DNA of 63,972 nt, counting the filler, from Reticulomyxa filosa (lineage: Eukaryota; Protista; Foraminifera), in assembly GCA_000512085.1 (NCBI GenBank). It is 24 parts of 24 records of this genome, joined end to end, with 100 filler letters (N's around TTAATTAATTAA, not from the genome) between each part and the next. Parts side by side here need not be neighbours in the genome. Positions count along the whole stretch, not along the records: positions 37,905 to 42,388 come from ASPP01026657.1; positions 42,489 to 43,940 come from ASPP01014800.1; positions 44,041 to 45,848 come from ASPP01014896.1; positions 45,949 to 48,408 come from ASPP01004314.1; positions 48,509 to 51,987 come from ASPP01007953.1; 19 more parts are not named here. One strand, 5' to 3'. Each line of letters opens with the position of its first letter. Position 1 is the stretch's first letter. Under the pieces are notes generated by a model. It made no database searches. It was not told where the DNA came from and saw only the letters and a program-made list of their open reading frames with translations. Shown here piece after piece: positions 37,805 through 48,566 of the stretch. The position numbers and the translations under genes are program-made.

Positions 37805-39221
37805 NNNNNNNNNNNNNNNNNNNNNNNNNNNNNNNNNNNNNNNNNNNNTTAATTAATTAANNNNNNNNNNNNNNNNNNNNNNNNNNNNNNNNNNNNNNNN
37901 NNNNTTTTTTTTTTTTTTTTTCGTTGGAAAGCTGATAAATCAAATTATATACATATATGTATATGTATGTGTGTGTATGCATGCATGCATGCAAAAAAAA
38001 AAAAAAAAAGACGTTTCAATCTCATCCAGGAGTTGATTTAAGACAAAGACAGGTATTTTTTTGTTTGAAGGAGGAGGAGGAGGAGGAGGAGGAGGGAGGG
38101 AGGGAGGAAGCATAAAAGAGAGAAATAAAATTTCTATGGGTATCAAACATGTATTGGTTTAATGCGGATAAGTCGTTTGAGTAACTGTGAAATGAATTGT
38201 GAGCAATAATACTTATGACATTACACAAATAGGATGGCGTACATATCTGGCAAAAGTTTCCAAATTTAACTCAGTCCTCTCCCACTGGCCAACAGATGGC
38301 CTCTCAAACAACGGGTTATGCAAGGACTACCCAAGGAATCCCAAATCAGAACACAAATGTACCTCATCCTTCATTTATTCCTTATCCTTATCAACAACGA
38401 TGAAATCAAGGTAGATTAAAAATGAACCAAGATGCTAGTTTGGTGCATGGCAAAACGTACATCCTATCCTCTCTGCCCAAGTCAATCAGCTTATCCAACC
38501 CAAAAAAAATAAAAATTTACTCCTTGTTGTTTTGTTTGTTGCTTGTGTTATTGTGTCATTGGCGCCATTTTTGTGTATTCTGCACCCACAACTTTTTTTT
38601 TGAATTTGGCCAAACATTTTCCATTTAGTGACATTCGAAAATGCCAGCAATGTTGGAATTTTGAGTGTGTCTCTGAATTTCCTGAGTTGTCGTTCAATGT
38701 GTACAGTTTTCGTCACATTTTATGTTCAATTTCGACAGTTCAGAAAAAAAAAAAAATTAAAATATTCTTTGTTTTTGTTTTGTTAGCAATTCGAGTGGGT
38801 TCTTTTTAGCGTGAAAACTTTTTTCTTTTCCAATGGCACTTCATAAGTTCGAAAGTGAGAGTGAACTAGTTACTTTGAATATCAAAGGCTAAGCACCTCC
38901 TAAACAATTTCCTTTTTTTTTATGAGATAAATATTTCTCAATACGTGATGCTAAGCGGCAGCGCAACTCCGATGTGACTTGCGAAATAAAAACAGTAAGG
39001 AGTCTAACAATAATAATAAGGCAATAGAAGACAGGCCCAGTGCGAATAACCAGGACTTCAAGTTTAGGTGATTGGGAGGGGAGAGTTTCATAAATCCAGT
39101 TTATGTTTTTTTTCCCCCTCCTCCCCTTCACAAATTCTTTCTTCAAAATTCAAAAAAAAAAAACAAGCCCAGACATAGATAATCTTCTCAAAGGAGTAAC
39201 ACAAAGCATAAAAAAAAAGGA

Positions 39222-39789
39222 TCACTTGTTTTGGTTGTGTAGTTTTTCGAAATTTTCTTTGCGAAATTCCAAATGTTTCATAAATATTTGATGCTGTTCT
39301 CCCCAGACCAGATCTGCTGGAGGGATCAATGGATCACGGTAGCTGTCGGCATGCAATTTCAATGTATGGTAATTAGCTGATTGCATAAGCTCACCCACGT
39401 AAGGGAAAAAGAAATAAATTGGGAAAGCACCCAAAATTATACCGCCTATGTTTTATCATGATGTCAATGGCTTTGTCTTACTCTTCAAAAGACATTTCTG
39501 TTCTCTTGCTTGGATCAAACATTCAACACTCAAAAGGACCAAAAAAAAAAAAAAGAATATAAATATAAACATTCAAAAACAAAAACCAACCAGTTGCCAA
39601 CCATGCCCAAAACAATCGCCACATTTGTCCTCTTGTCCAGATTTCATGATGTTCTGGAGCTAAGTTCAACTGCGCCTTCATTGTTGCCATTGCTACTTTT
39701 TGCAAAGTAAGATTATAACAACGTGTTCCGAGACAATGCAAGTTGTTTTTTGGCAGTAAGGCCCTCTGTCGTAATAACATGGATCTCAT
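39222..39789 (-). CDS. Small (about 140 aa) protein with a mitochondrial-presequence-like N-terminus and a hydrophobic segment
   Basis: MRSMLLRQRALLPK...WAWLAT|GGIILGAFPIYFFFPY...; one GT-AG intron restores the frame. Confidence 0.55.
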
Positions 39790-40312
39790 GGTTAGTATTG
39801 AATTGATTGAACTTATAACGATTTTTGGGACTGATTCCCTTTCTTAATTCTTTTTTCAGAACAGTATTTTTTTTACAAGAATAAAAGGACATTGTTCACG
39901 TAATAGATTGCTAAATAAAAAAAGGAAAAAATTGATAATCGTACATAATAAAAATAATATAATATATAAACAGTTTGTCTCTACAGCTAAAAGAATTTGA
40001 GAAATGACGTTTTCTTAAGATAAAGATTGAACTGATTGTTCTCCCTTTCGCAAAGCTTTTTTTAGTGAGCAACAATGTAAGCAATTTAACCGCAATAAAT
40101 TCTATTAATCTGAGTTTTTTCATAATTTTTTAAATTTGAATTTAATTTTATTTGATTGTTTCTCGTGAAGAAAATTGGTCAATATAAATAGCATAATATA
40201 TACTATTTTTTTTTGCAAACTGAAAGGTTTGTGAAATCATTACGAATAAATTGCATAGAATCTTGTTTGTATGTTTTTTAAAGTTATTGAAACAAAAATA
40301 AAAAAATGATAA

Positions 40313-41050
40313 TTAGTAAATATCAGAATTATTCCATGATTTAATTTCATCAGTTTTCATTTCACACGACATTTTTGATTCAATACAATTTTGAATAATT
40401 ATTTTGGATCTTTTTGTAAATCTTGGTGTGATATCTTCATATACATTTACAATTGCATTCCAATGTTTGTATTTGTCATCACTGGTTATTAATGTACCTG
40501 TTTCATCACACCCATAACCACACCAAACAAATATCAATCCATCATATTTTGAAGTGGATAGTAATTCTGCATTTTGCACTTCTTGTAAGGCATCATCAAT
40601 AATTTTATTTAATCGGTCCAATCTCAATAATTTACTTGAACAATCATCTTCGTTCATAAATTGATATTACATTATATTCATATACTTTTTCAATTCAATC
40701 ATATCACGTTTCACACCATTTAATTTTTTGTCACTTGTTTCATGTCTTATTGTCCCTGCCAATAATGCTAGTGGACTCATCACTATATGACTTATCTGTA
40801 TGTTCGTTTCATCTTTTCTTTTTTTGTATTCCTTTGGCTTTAGTCGCACGTTGAAATGTACTGGTTTGTTTTTGCACACACGGTCAATGTCTTCGTCTTT
40901 TTCAATTCTCACATTGCTTTTGTCTTTGATTTCAAATTCCTGTTGTTGGTCATCTTCATTATCACTATCGCTTTCGCTTTTTCATGAAAACCAACGTTTT
41001 TTTACAACTGCGAATAAACGTTCCATGGTCAATGTCGACAATGTTATTTC
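40313..41050 (-). pseudogene. Degenerate caspase-like (peptidase C14) gene
   Basis: PLALLAG..LNGVKRDM, YDGLIFVWCGYG, LITSD and KRSKIIIQNC. Frame broken at about 40660. Confidence 0.65.
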
Positions 41051-41145
41051 ATAACTCTTCTTTTTTGCTTCAATATATACTGTCGCTTTCAGTGACATCC
41101 TTGAGATTCCGAAATGAATTCTTGGTTTTTTTTTTTGTTGATTTA

Positions 41146-41506
41146 CAATCGACAGCTAAAAAAAAGATCCATCTAAAATGGACCCCCTTTTCAATGAAAA
41201 GACTAGTCTGCGTTTTACTATCTACGAAATACAGAAGAATAATTTTTTAAAAACATATCTAAGTCTTTTGAAGATTATTAAAAACACAAAATAAAATTTG
41301 TAACGTTTTTTCTTTTAATACCAAAACGAAACATTAATTTTTTCAAAAAGTGAAAAAAACATCAACGAATTTTGTGTAGTTTTTTACACTTTTATTAAAA
41401 ACCAAATGCATGTTTGGACTCTCCACGATGCGTAGATATGGTTTAAAAAAAGAATTTTGAATAAATATTGATTTTTCATGACGAAACTTTTTTTAGCTGT
41501 CGATTG
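41146..41506. mobile_element. About 360-bp MITE-like element
   Basis: Perfect 20-bp inverted repeat ACAATCGACAGCTAAAAAAA (41145-41164 / 41488-41507). TA at the left flank. Non-coding interior. Confidence 0.6.
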
Positions 41507-41546
41507 TGGCTCCTCTTTTTTCGTTCAAAGAAAAGCTTCCATTTTT

Positions 41547-42353
41547 TTATTTTATTTTAAAAAGACAATGTTGTGTAACCATTTGACCATAACCGAATTC
41601 AACATTACACGATTTCTCAGTGTATAATAATAGCGCACAAATATGATGCAATTGAAGTGGATATCCCATGTATTTGTGAATATCTGCATGATATAGCTGT
41701 TTAACGTCATTGATTACTGTCAATACTTTATCATTCATTATCAATTCGTTGACATTATTTTCATTATAATGCAGCTTCTGTTTGATCATCTCGTGTGCAT
41801 TTGTCTGGTTTTTATTAATCAAATCACACAAATATCCATTCCTTATCACTTTCTGTAAAATATTCTTCATCGCATTTTCATCCGATAATGGCTCCACATT
41901 TTGAGTCAGTTTGCATTTGTGCAAATCGCATGCATAAAAGAATGGATTGAATGCAGGCCTTTCAATCAATGGAGTTAACATGTCATCGACATCCACAGCA
42001 TGTCCAATCTTGCTTTCTCTTACATCGATCACATGTTTGTCGGGTATCATGAATGTTCCTTCAATTTCCCAATAGACTTGCATATTCGGATAATCGAGAA
42101 GGTGTTTGTACATATCATGCAATGACATATCATCCACATTGATATATGCTTGGATTGGCGGCTGACATTTGTTAAAATCGCAGTCAAGCGCGATTACTTC
42201 CTCTTTTCCACTCATTGCATCTCCTGCAATTTGCAACAGCTTGTCTTTCATTTTTTGGAGTCCTTGTTTCAAAGTCATTGAATAAGGATTCAAAGGCTCT
42301 TTATGTATCTTCAAATTTTTGACCTCCCATATGACGCGGAACGAATTAAATTC
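41547..42353 (-). pseudogene. Third member of the PUB-ART family, ending just before the ART catalytic core
   Basis: EFNSF..HKEPLNPY...DIHKYMGYPLQLHHICALLLYT aligns with 30341-31140, then stops about 40 bp before the MITE. Confidence 0.7.
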
Positions 42354-42488
42354 CTATTGACAAAAACAACATTCTTTTTTTCCCCCCCNNNNNNNNNNNN
42401 NNNNNNNNNNNNNNNNNNNNNNNNNNNNNNNNTTAATTAATTAANNNNNNNNNNNNNNNNNNNNNNNNNNNNNNNNNNNNNNNNNNNN

Positions 42489-42516
42489 CACGGCCTGTGG
42501 CCTTTGCCCACCCTAC
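42489..42516 (-). repeat. GTAG-type REP-like palindrome (truncated by contig end)
   Basis: GTAG-GGTGGGCA-AAGGCCACAGGCCG-TG.. with the second arm cut off. Confidence 0.5.
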
Positions 42517-42561
42517 TTGTTCGCGCGCGAGGCGGAGGCGTAGCCGTTTGGTCCTAGGTGG

Positions 42562-43587
42562 TTATGAGCTCCGTCTTGCTCGATTAATCATTTCGACAAT
42601 TTCACTATTTGCGTTCATATGAATTAGTCGAACCTCTGGATGTTCATTTTCAAATATTCTAAAGACTTGGTCTGCAAAAGCTTGGCCTATGAGTGCAACT
42701 CCATCGAAGTCTAGAATTACTGTTTTGAAGCCATCGAATCGAGCTACGAATCTTTTTGCCTGCGATCTCGAAACTAAGTTCTCATTTCCAAATACGGCTA
42801 GGCGTACTGGAACAACTGTTTTGTCAAATCCGTAGTCTTCCTTGTCAGTAGTGTATTCATCAAATATTTCTTTTGAGGTTCTAGTGCTGTCAGTAGAAAT
42901 TCGCATGAAAACAAGAGTCCCACCATTTACGTGGTCTACATCGTAGAAGTAGTCGTTTTCACGAACTATGTCATGGTCGTATACTAAATCACCCGATTCA
43001 ATTTGAAATCTATCGAACATCCTTGATGTGAAGAAAATTCCTTGCCCAGAATGGTTTTTAGGGTCGGTGGTGAATTTTCCTTTGGAAAGTTCAAGTATTG
43101 ATAATCTGGGATCTGGTAATTTCATGGCCTCAGATATTTTTTTGAAAATACCGATGCCATCGTCAGATATGATAATTCTTAGTTGTTTATCTTCGACTGC
43201 CATCCATACGGAAACGAAATCACCTTCTGAGTGGTCGATGGCATTATTTAGTATCTCTGTGAAGCCAAATTGCGCAATGTCGTAAATATTCTTCGGTAGG
43301 TTGAATATTGGCTTAAAATCACGACTCCAAACAATATCCTCTTCGAGATCTTTAAGGGAGTATGTTTTGGAAATTTGTCTGTTTTCACCTAGACTGTAAA
43401 GTGGTCTTGTGCCATTTGTTTTTTTTAGCCAGTTTTCCTTCACGAGGGTTTGAAGTGCTCTGTTTGCAGTGCTTCTAGCAACATTGAAGTGTTCAGCAAC
43501 ACTTTTCACCAAGTGCTCACCTTCACCAGCGTGAATCTTCTCCGAAACTACTGACCGGAGTTTCCACGGTTCAATCTTCGTTGCCAC
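42562..43587 (-). CDS. Bacterial HTH + HATPase_c (GHKL) + STAS-like (DUF4325) protein
   Basis: Intronless. AAGGAG RBS 6 nt before GTG at 43587. HTH VAEHFNVARSTANRAL. N box EILNNAIDHS, G1 DDGIG, G2 SGQGIF. STAS-like VILDFDGV..IGQAFADQVF. Confidence 0.88.
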   Translation of the reverse strand: MATKIEPWKLRSVVSEKIHAGEGEHLVKSVAEHFNVARSTANRALQTLVKENWLKKTNGTRPLYSLGENRQISKTYSLKDLEEDIVWSRDFKPIFNLPKNIYDIAQFGFTEILNNAIDHSEGDFVSVWMAVEDKQLRIIISDDGIGIFKKISEAMKLPDPRLSILELSKGKFTTDPKNHSGQGIFFTSRMFDRFQIESGDLVYDHDIVRENDYFYDVDHVNGGTLVFMRISTDSTRTSKEIFDEYTTDKEDYGFDKTVVPVRLAVFGNENLVSRSQAKRFVARFDGFKTVILDFDGVALIGQAFADQVFRIFENEHPEVRLIHMNANSEIVEMINRARRSS

Positions 43588-43593
43588 TTGGGA

Positions 43594-43650
43594 CTCCTTC
43601 TTAGTCAATACAACCAGATCACAGTCTATCACCAACTTGATCAATGTAAA
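43594..43650 (-). promoter_or_regulatory. Sigma70-like promoter and Shine-Dalgarno
   Basis: -35 TTTACA (43650-43645), 16-bp spacer, -10 TAGACT (43628-43623), AAGGAG (43599-43594). Confidence 0.5.
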
Positions 43651-43836
43651 CAATTAACTTAATCGTTTTTATCGTGCATTGGATAGGGTGAGTGTGAGGC
43701 TAGCTCGCACCTCTCCATGGGAGGCGGCTACACAAATCTAGTACATGCCATCGCACTTCTCCGTAACGCCCGCGCCTCCATACCTTGTCCACCGTAAAGC
43801 TTGGCCGCACCATGTTTGCACTTGGTAGCTGATTCC

Positions 43837-43867
43837 CCCGGATGCGCCCTCGGCTTATCCGGGCTAC
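43837..43867 (-). repeat. GTAG-type REP-like palindrome
   Basis: GTAG-CCCGGAT-AAGCCGAGGGCGC-ATCCGGG. Confidence 0.65.
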
Positions 43868-43919
43868 GGCTGGGGTGTGTGCCACGTGAGCCGTTATCCA
43901 ACCGCCAGCATCATCGCCC

Positions 43920-43940
43920 AAACAAAAAACGCCCCGTCTC
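43920..43940 (-). terminator. 3' half of an intrinsic terminator of an upstream gene
   Basis: GAGACGGGGCG followed by TTTTTTGTTT. The 5' stem arm is lost at the contig end. Confidence 0.4.
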
Positions 43941-44040
43941 NNNNNNNNNNNNNNNNNNNNNNNNNNNNNNNNNNNNNNNNNNNNTTAATTAATTAANNNN
44001 NNNNNNNNNNNNNNNNNNNNNNNNNNNNNNNNNNNNNNNN

Positions 44041-45770
44041 TTCACCTCCTTCACCTCCTTCACCTCTTCCACCACCAATAACCGCATTGTTTTCTTTTGT
44101 TTCAATCTCACTAGTGTCTTTTTGTTCATTCATTGGTACCATTACATTAGTAACGTTCTCTCTGTTGTTGTTTGGCAGTGAACTTTTAAACACCTTTTAT
44201 TTTTTCCTCCCCTTGCCTCCCTTCCTCACATACCCTTCTCTCTCCTTTTAAACTGTTCAAATGAACAAATGAAATGAGTTTGAATAACTGCATATTTGTG
44301 GAGTGATCAGCTTCATTGTTGGTGATCTGCGTTTGTAGTTTCTCTTCAGAAGACAAGCCGTTGGTAATATTTTCTTTTCGAACATACAGCGACTGGGTCA
44401 TTATCATAACCAGCTTTGCTGGCTTCACATCAATAGGTTGGTGCTTTTTGCACACAGTCGCAAAACTTTTCCACGAGCCCTGCCAATTCTAAAAACTCTT
44501 TCTTTCCCAATTCCAATCCTTGTTTCATTGGCGTCCATTGATGTCCATTGGAACATTCACAGATATACGTCAAACAAGCAAACATGTATTTTGGTCAATC
44601 ACAAAAAAAATTAAAAAAAAAAAAACCATAATCAGCATTCTTTGTCGATTCAACAAGATTGCAAAAGCCATCCTTCCTTCGGGAGAGTTCAGCGATTCAA
44701 GGCATTGAATTTTTAATTTCTCAAAGTCTTGATCCGTCAATTGGATCAATTGAGATGATATGGTCGACGATCGCTTATGTTTTGTACTGGAGATACTGCT
44801 ATTGCTGCTGCCGCCACTGCCATTGTCATTACCATTGCCATTGCCACCGTTGCCATCGTTGTTAGTATTGTTCGGATTTATCGTTGTTGAGAAAAGATCA
44901 CCCTCTGTTTTTATCAAAGAGACAGACATCTCCGGATCTCGACCCAGTATTTTGCTTATCACCAAGCGCCATTTGGTGCACCATTTCTTTACGTCGGGCG
45001 TATCTTCGCATAACTCGCTCATTTCAAAATTTTCTTTTTCTTTTGTTAAGTCAAACAAAAAAAAAAAAAAAAAAAAGGGGGACTGACGTTGTTCCCAAAT
45101 GAGAGTAGCCTTAATTAACGCAGACGTATTATGAAGAGTGGGGGGGGGGGAAAAAAAAAAGAGTTTGTACATATCACGAATAAATTAATGCCTATGTCAT
45201 CAGCGCAAAGCTGAGGTTCAGGAAGAGGTGGTTTTTCCTGCATGGGACGATATTTTTCCACAAATTCTCTATTGTCGGCTTGTGCATCGAGTTTTGAAAT
45301 ATTTGTTTTTATGGTTTCGATATTTTTCAAACAATGAGTGAACATGTCTATTTGAATCTCCAAGTATACGTGCAACAGTTTATGAAATATTTTTGCCCTT
45401 TCCACTTCTGTACTCCATACACACATACATATACACATACATACATACACATATATATATACACATGCATATATTCATGTATATAGTATTATTGTTTTAG
45501 TTGAGAGATTTGTGTGTGTGTGTGTTTGAATGCAAAAAAAATAAAATAAAAAAATTAAGCAAGCTATAAACCGGTATGTTCCAACTGGTCCAAGACCGCG
45601 GCGACATTGCTATCAAACTCCATTCGAAACTCGCGATTTTTTTTTACGGCACCAATGTATTGTTCTTTGGCTTCCTTGGATTGCATATGCGAATTCGCCA
45701 CTTTCCCTTGCGCCGCTGCAATGTTTGCATACGCTTGAGCTCTCTATGCTTTTCCCACATGTCCATCACC
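44041..45770 (-). CDS. Partial protein: F-BAR-like C-terminal helices followed by an SBF2/DENN-associated-like region
   Basis: EVERAKIFHKLL...ISKLDAQADNREFVEKY..EKPP, then EGRMAFAILLNRQR and PAKLVMIMTQSLY. Several GT-AG introns. Confidence 0.5.
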
Positions 45771-45948
45771 AGCAAAAAAAAAAAAAGGGACTGTTTCGTT
45801 CAAATGTAAAAAAAAAAAAATAGTGATTTAATTTTTTTTTTTTTTTTTNNNNNNNNNNNNNNNNNNNNNNNNNNNNNNNNNNNNNNNNNNNNTTAATTAA
45901 TTAANNNNNNNNNNNNNNNNNNNNNNNNNNNNNNNNNNNNNNNNNNNN

Positions 45949-46657
45949 ATTATTATTGACTAAAAATTATCAATAGCCCGAATATTTATTAGAAGAAGTA
46001 CAAGGGCGTGCAGATGTGAACAGCATCGTGAGTATGTCTCCAGTGGGCGACGACGGCCAACGACGATTGGATGTGAACCGCGCCAAGATATTGGTGGCCA
46101 AGTATCGCGGGATATCCCCAACGGAGGTGTCAAACACGGACGCGGCCATTCCGTTTTTGACCGGCCTGACGCTGGTCGAGTGCAAGCAGTTGCTGGCGAG
46201 CTGTCCCACACATGTCGCTGACGCATTGCGCGGGAAGCATTTGGAGCGCAAGCTCGGCAGCGTCGGCATGGCCAGCGAAGCCAAATTCAATATGTACGAC
46301 AGCACCAAAGTCGATTTCTTGACCATGTTCACCGAACGCTGCAACATCAAACAGGTGTATTCCAAACTGGCCTCCGAAACAAAGAGCAGAGACCCTGTGT
46401 TGGATGTCAAACATGCGCGCATCTTTGTCGCCAATTTGCGCGATATCACGTTTGCACAAGTGTTGGAAACCGACCCTGGCGTGACCATGTTGGCAGGGAA
46501 AACCATGCCCGAATTGAGAGAGATGCTTAGCTCTATTGAGCTGGAAAAAGTGCGAGTGTTGGATATGAAATCGTATTACATTTTGCAAAAAAATACCGCT
46601 GTTCAAAGTTCCATGGCGGAAGGCGAACCTGTCGACCTTTCCGAACCACTCGAGTGA
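45949..46657 (+). CDS. 3' exon of a protein with two copies of an unnamed module
   Basis: LDVNRAKILVAKYRGISPTEVSNTDAAIPFLTGLTLVECKQLL vs LDVKHARIFVANLRDITFAQVLETDPGVTMLAGKTMPELREML. Confidence 0.7.
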
Positions 46658-47769
46658 TCATCCTTTTTTTTTTCTTTCTCTCTCTCTCTCTCTTGAAAAA
46701 GTCCCTGTCTTGTGAATGTGTGTTTGTTTTTTTAAAAAAAAAATTGGTTGAGTAAATAAACATTATTCGTGTGACTGAATTGAATGCTTGATAGTAAACT
46801 CTTTTGGATACCTAAAATCTTCTTTTCTTTTTTTCTTTGGTACTGTGCATGTGTAGAATTCGTTTGCAATTTTGTTTCACAAATTTTGTACAGTGAGCAA
46901 ATATGGCTCTGTTATCTACCATCTCCCTCTCTTCTTCCTCTTTTTTTTTTCCCCCCCCCCTTTCTTCCTTATCTTGCCCTATTCCTCTCTATCTCTCTCC
47001 TTATAATTCTGATATGCCGCCAATCAAGGACGGGGGTTTTGTCACTAATACCATTTGTTTATTGTCAAATGAAAAAGCTTATTCTTTTTTTTTTCTTGTC
47101 TTTGATTGCCAGTTGTCATTACGTCATTGTTACCCTTGTTCAGGGTTGTCTAATAATATTTTTTTTGAAAAGTATTTATTCTTTTTTTTTTGCTGATGCG
47201 AAATCTCGAATATGTACGAATGCCTAAATATTGGTTCCCGGAAAGATGAAAACACAACGAATTTTCCAGAAACTAAGTTCATTTTCCAAAAGAAAACATT
47301 CCAATCGTGCAAGATCATAGATGATAAAACAAAAAAAATTAATGAATGTCTGTACATTTTTTTCAATGCGGCATAAAAAAAAACTAGTTCTTTCTAAATC
47401 AAATGTTTTATTTTTATTGCCCAGTTATGCGATAATACGTAATGCATATGTACAAAAAAACAATTAATGAGAAAGCTATATAATAATACATTTATTTCAA
47501 GTAATTGTATAAGACCAAAGAATGTTGATAAAGAAGAAACATAATATTCCATTATCTTTATCTATTTTTCACATAACTTCATCTTTTTTTATTTTTAAAA
47601 ATGAAAACAACTTCGTGGGTGACTTTTGTTAAAAAAAAAATAGAGTTAGTCAAACCAAAACCTCCCCAGTTCAGTAAAACTTAAAAAAAAGAAAAAACTC
47701 TCTAATAACTTTCTCTTACGTACAGCTCAAGAAACCGGAAAAAACCAAAAGGACTTTGAAAGAAAGGAA

Positions 47770-48386
47770 ATGAGTACTCTTGAAAAGAAAAAGAGCAAGG
47801 ACAGTGCGAAAATGGAACTGAAGTCAGTTTTTGAACAACAGTCTTGCTTTGATAAGAATTGGATTTTACAATTGAACCAACAGAAAGACATTAACGATGT
47901 AATTTGCTTAATTTGCAAACAAGTTGCGAATAATCCAATGGAAATAAATTGCATTGAACATAAAGACGTAGATGAATCATTGATTGTTGGAGAGAATTGT
48001 TTAAAGCAATTTCTTAGTAAAAATCCAAATTCTTGTCCAGTCGAACATCATAATAATTGTTTATATTCGCAAAATCGATTAGCGAAAAGATATATTGGAG
48101 AATTGAATGTAATGTGTCCAAGACAATTTGAACAAGGAAATAAAGAAAAAGAAGAATCTGAATGTATGAATTGTGATTTTAAAGGAAATATGAAACAATT
48201 AGATGATCATTTAAAAAATTATTGTTGTTTACAAGTAATTAAATGTTGGTTTGAATCATTTGGATGTTATCATAAATGTTTTAAATCTATGATGCAAGAT
48301 CATTTAACATCAAATATGCAATTACATTTTAATTTAGTAATAAGATCTGTTGAAGCATTAAAACAAAAAATTCAAAAATATCAGGT
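47770..48386 (+). CDS. RING-like + TRAF-type zinc-finger protein (5' part)
   Basis: [21 protein letters not shown], then [16 protein letters not shown] and CWF..FGC..QDHL..H. Confidence 0.85.
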
Positions 48387-48566
48387 ATGATTTTAATAAA
48401 ATAAAATANNNNNNNNNNNNNNNNNNNNNNNNNNNNNNNNNNNNNNNNNNNNTTAATTAATTAANNNNNNNNNNNNNNNNNNNNNNNNNNNNNNNNNNNN
48501 NNNNNNNNTTGATTTCCATTCCTTTTATATTTCACTTACGAAACACAACAACAACAACAACAAAAG

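Noticed and set aside
42517-42570. Integron attC site after the bacterial gene (TCATAAC overlapping the stop)
   Set aside because: No complementary GTTRRRY core or paired L boxes are visible before the REP-like hairpin and contig end.
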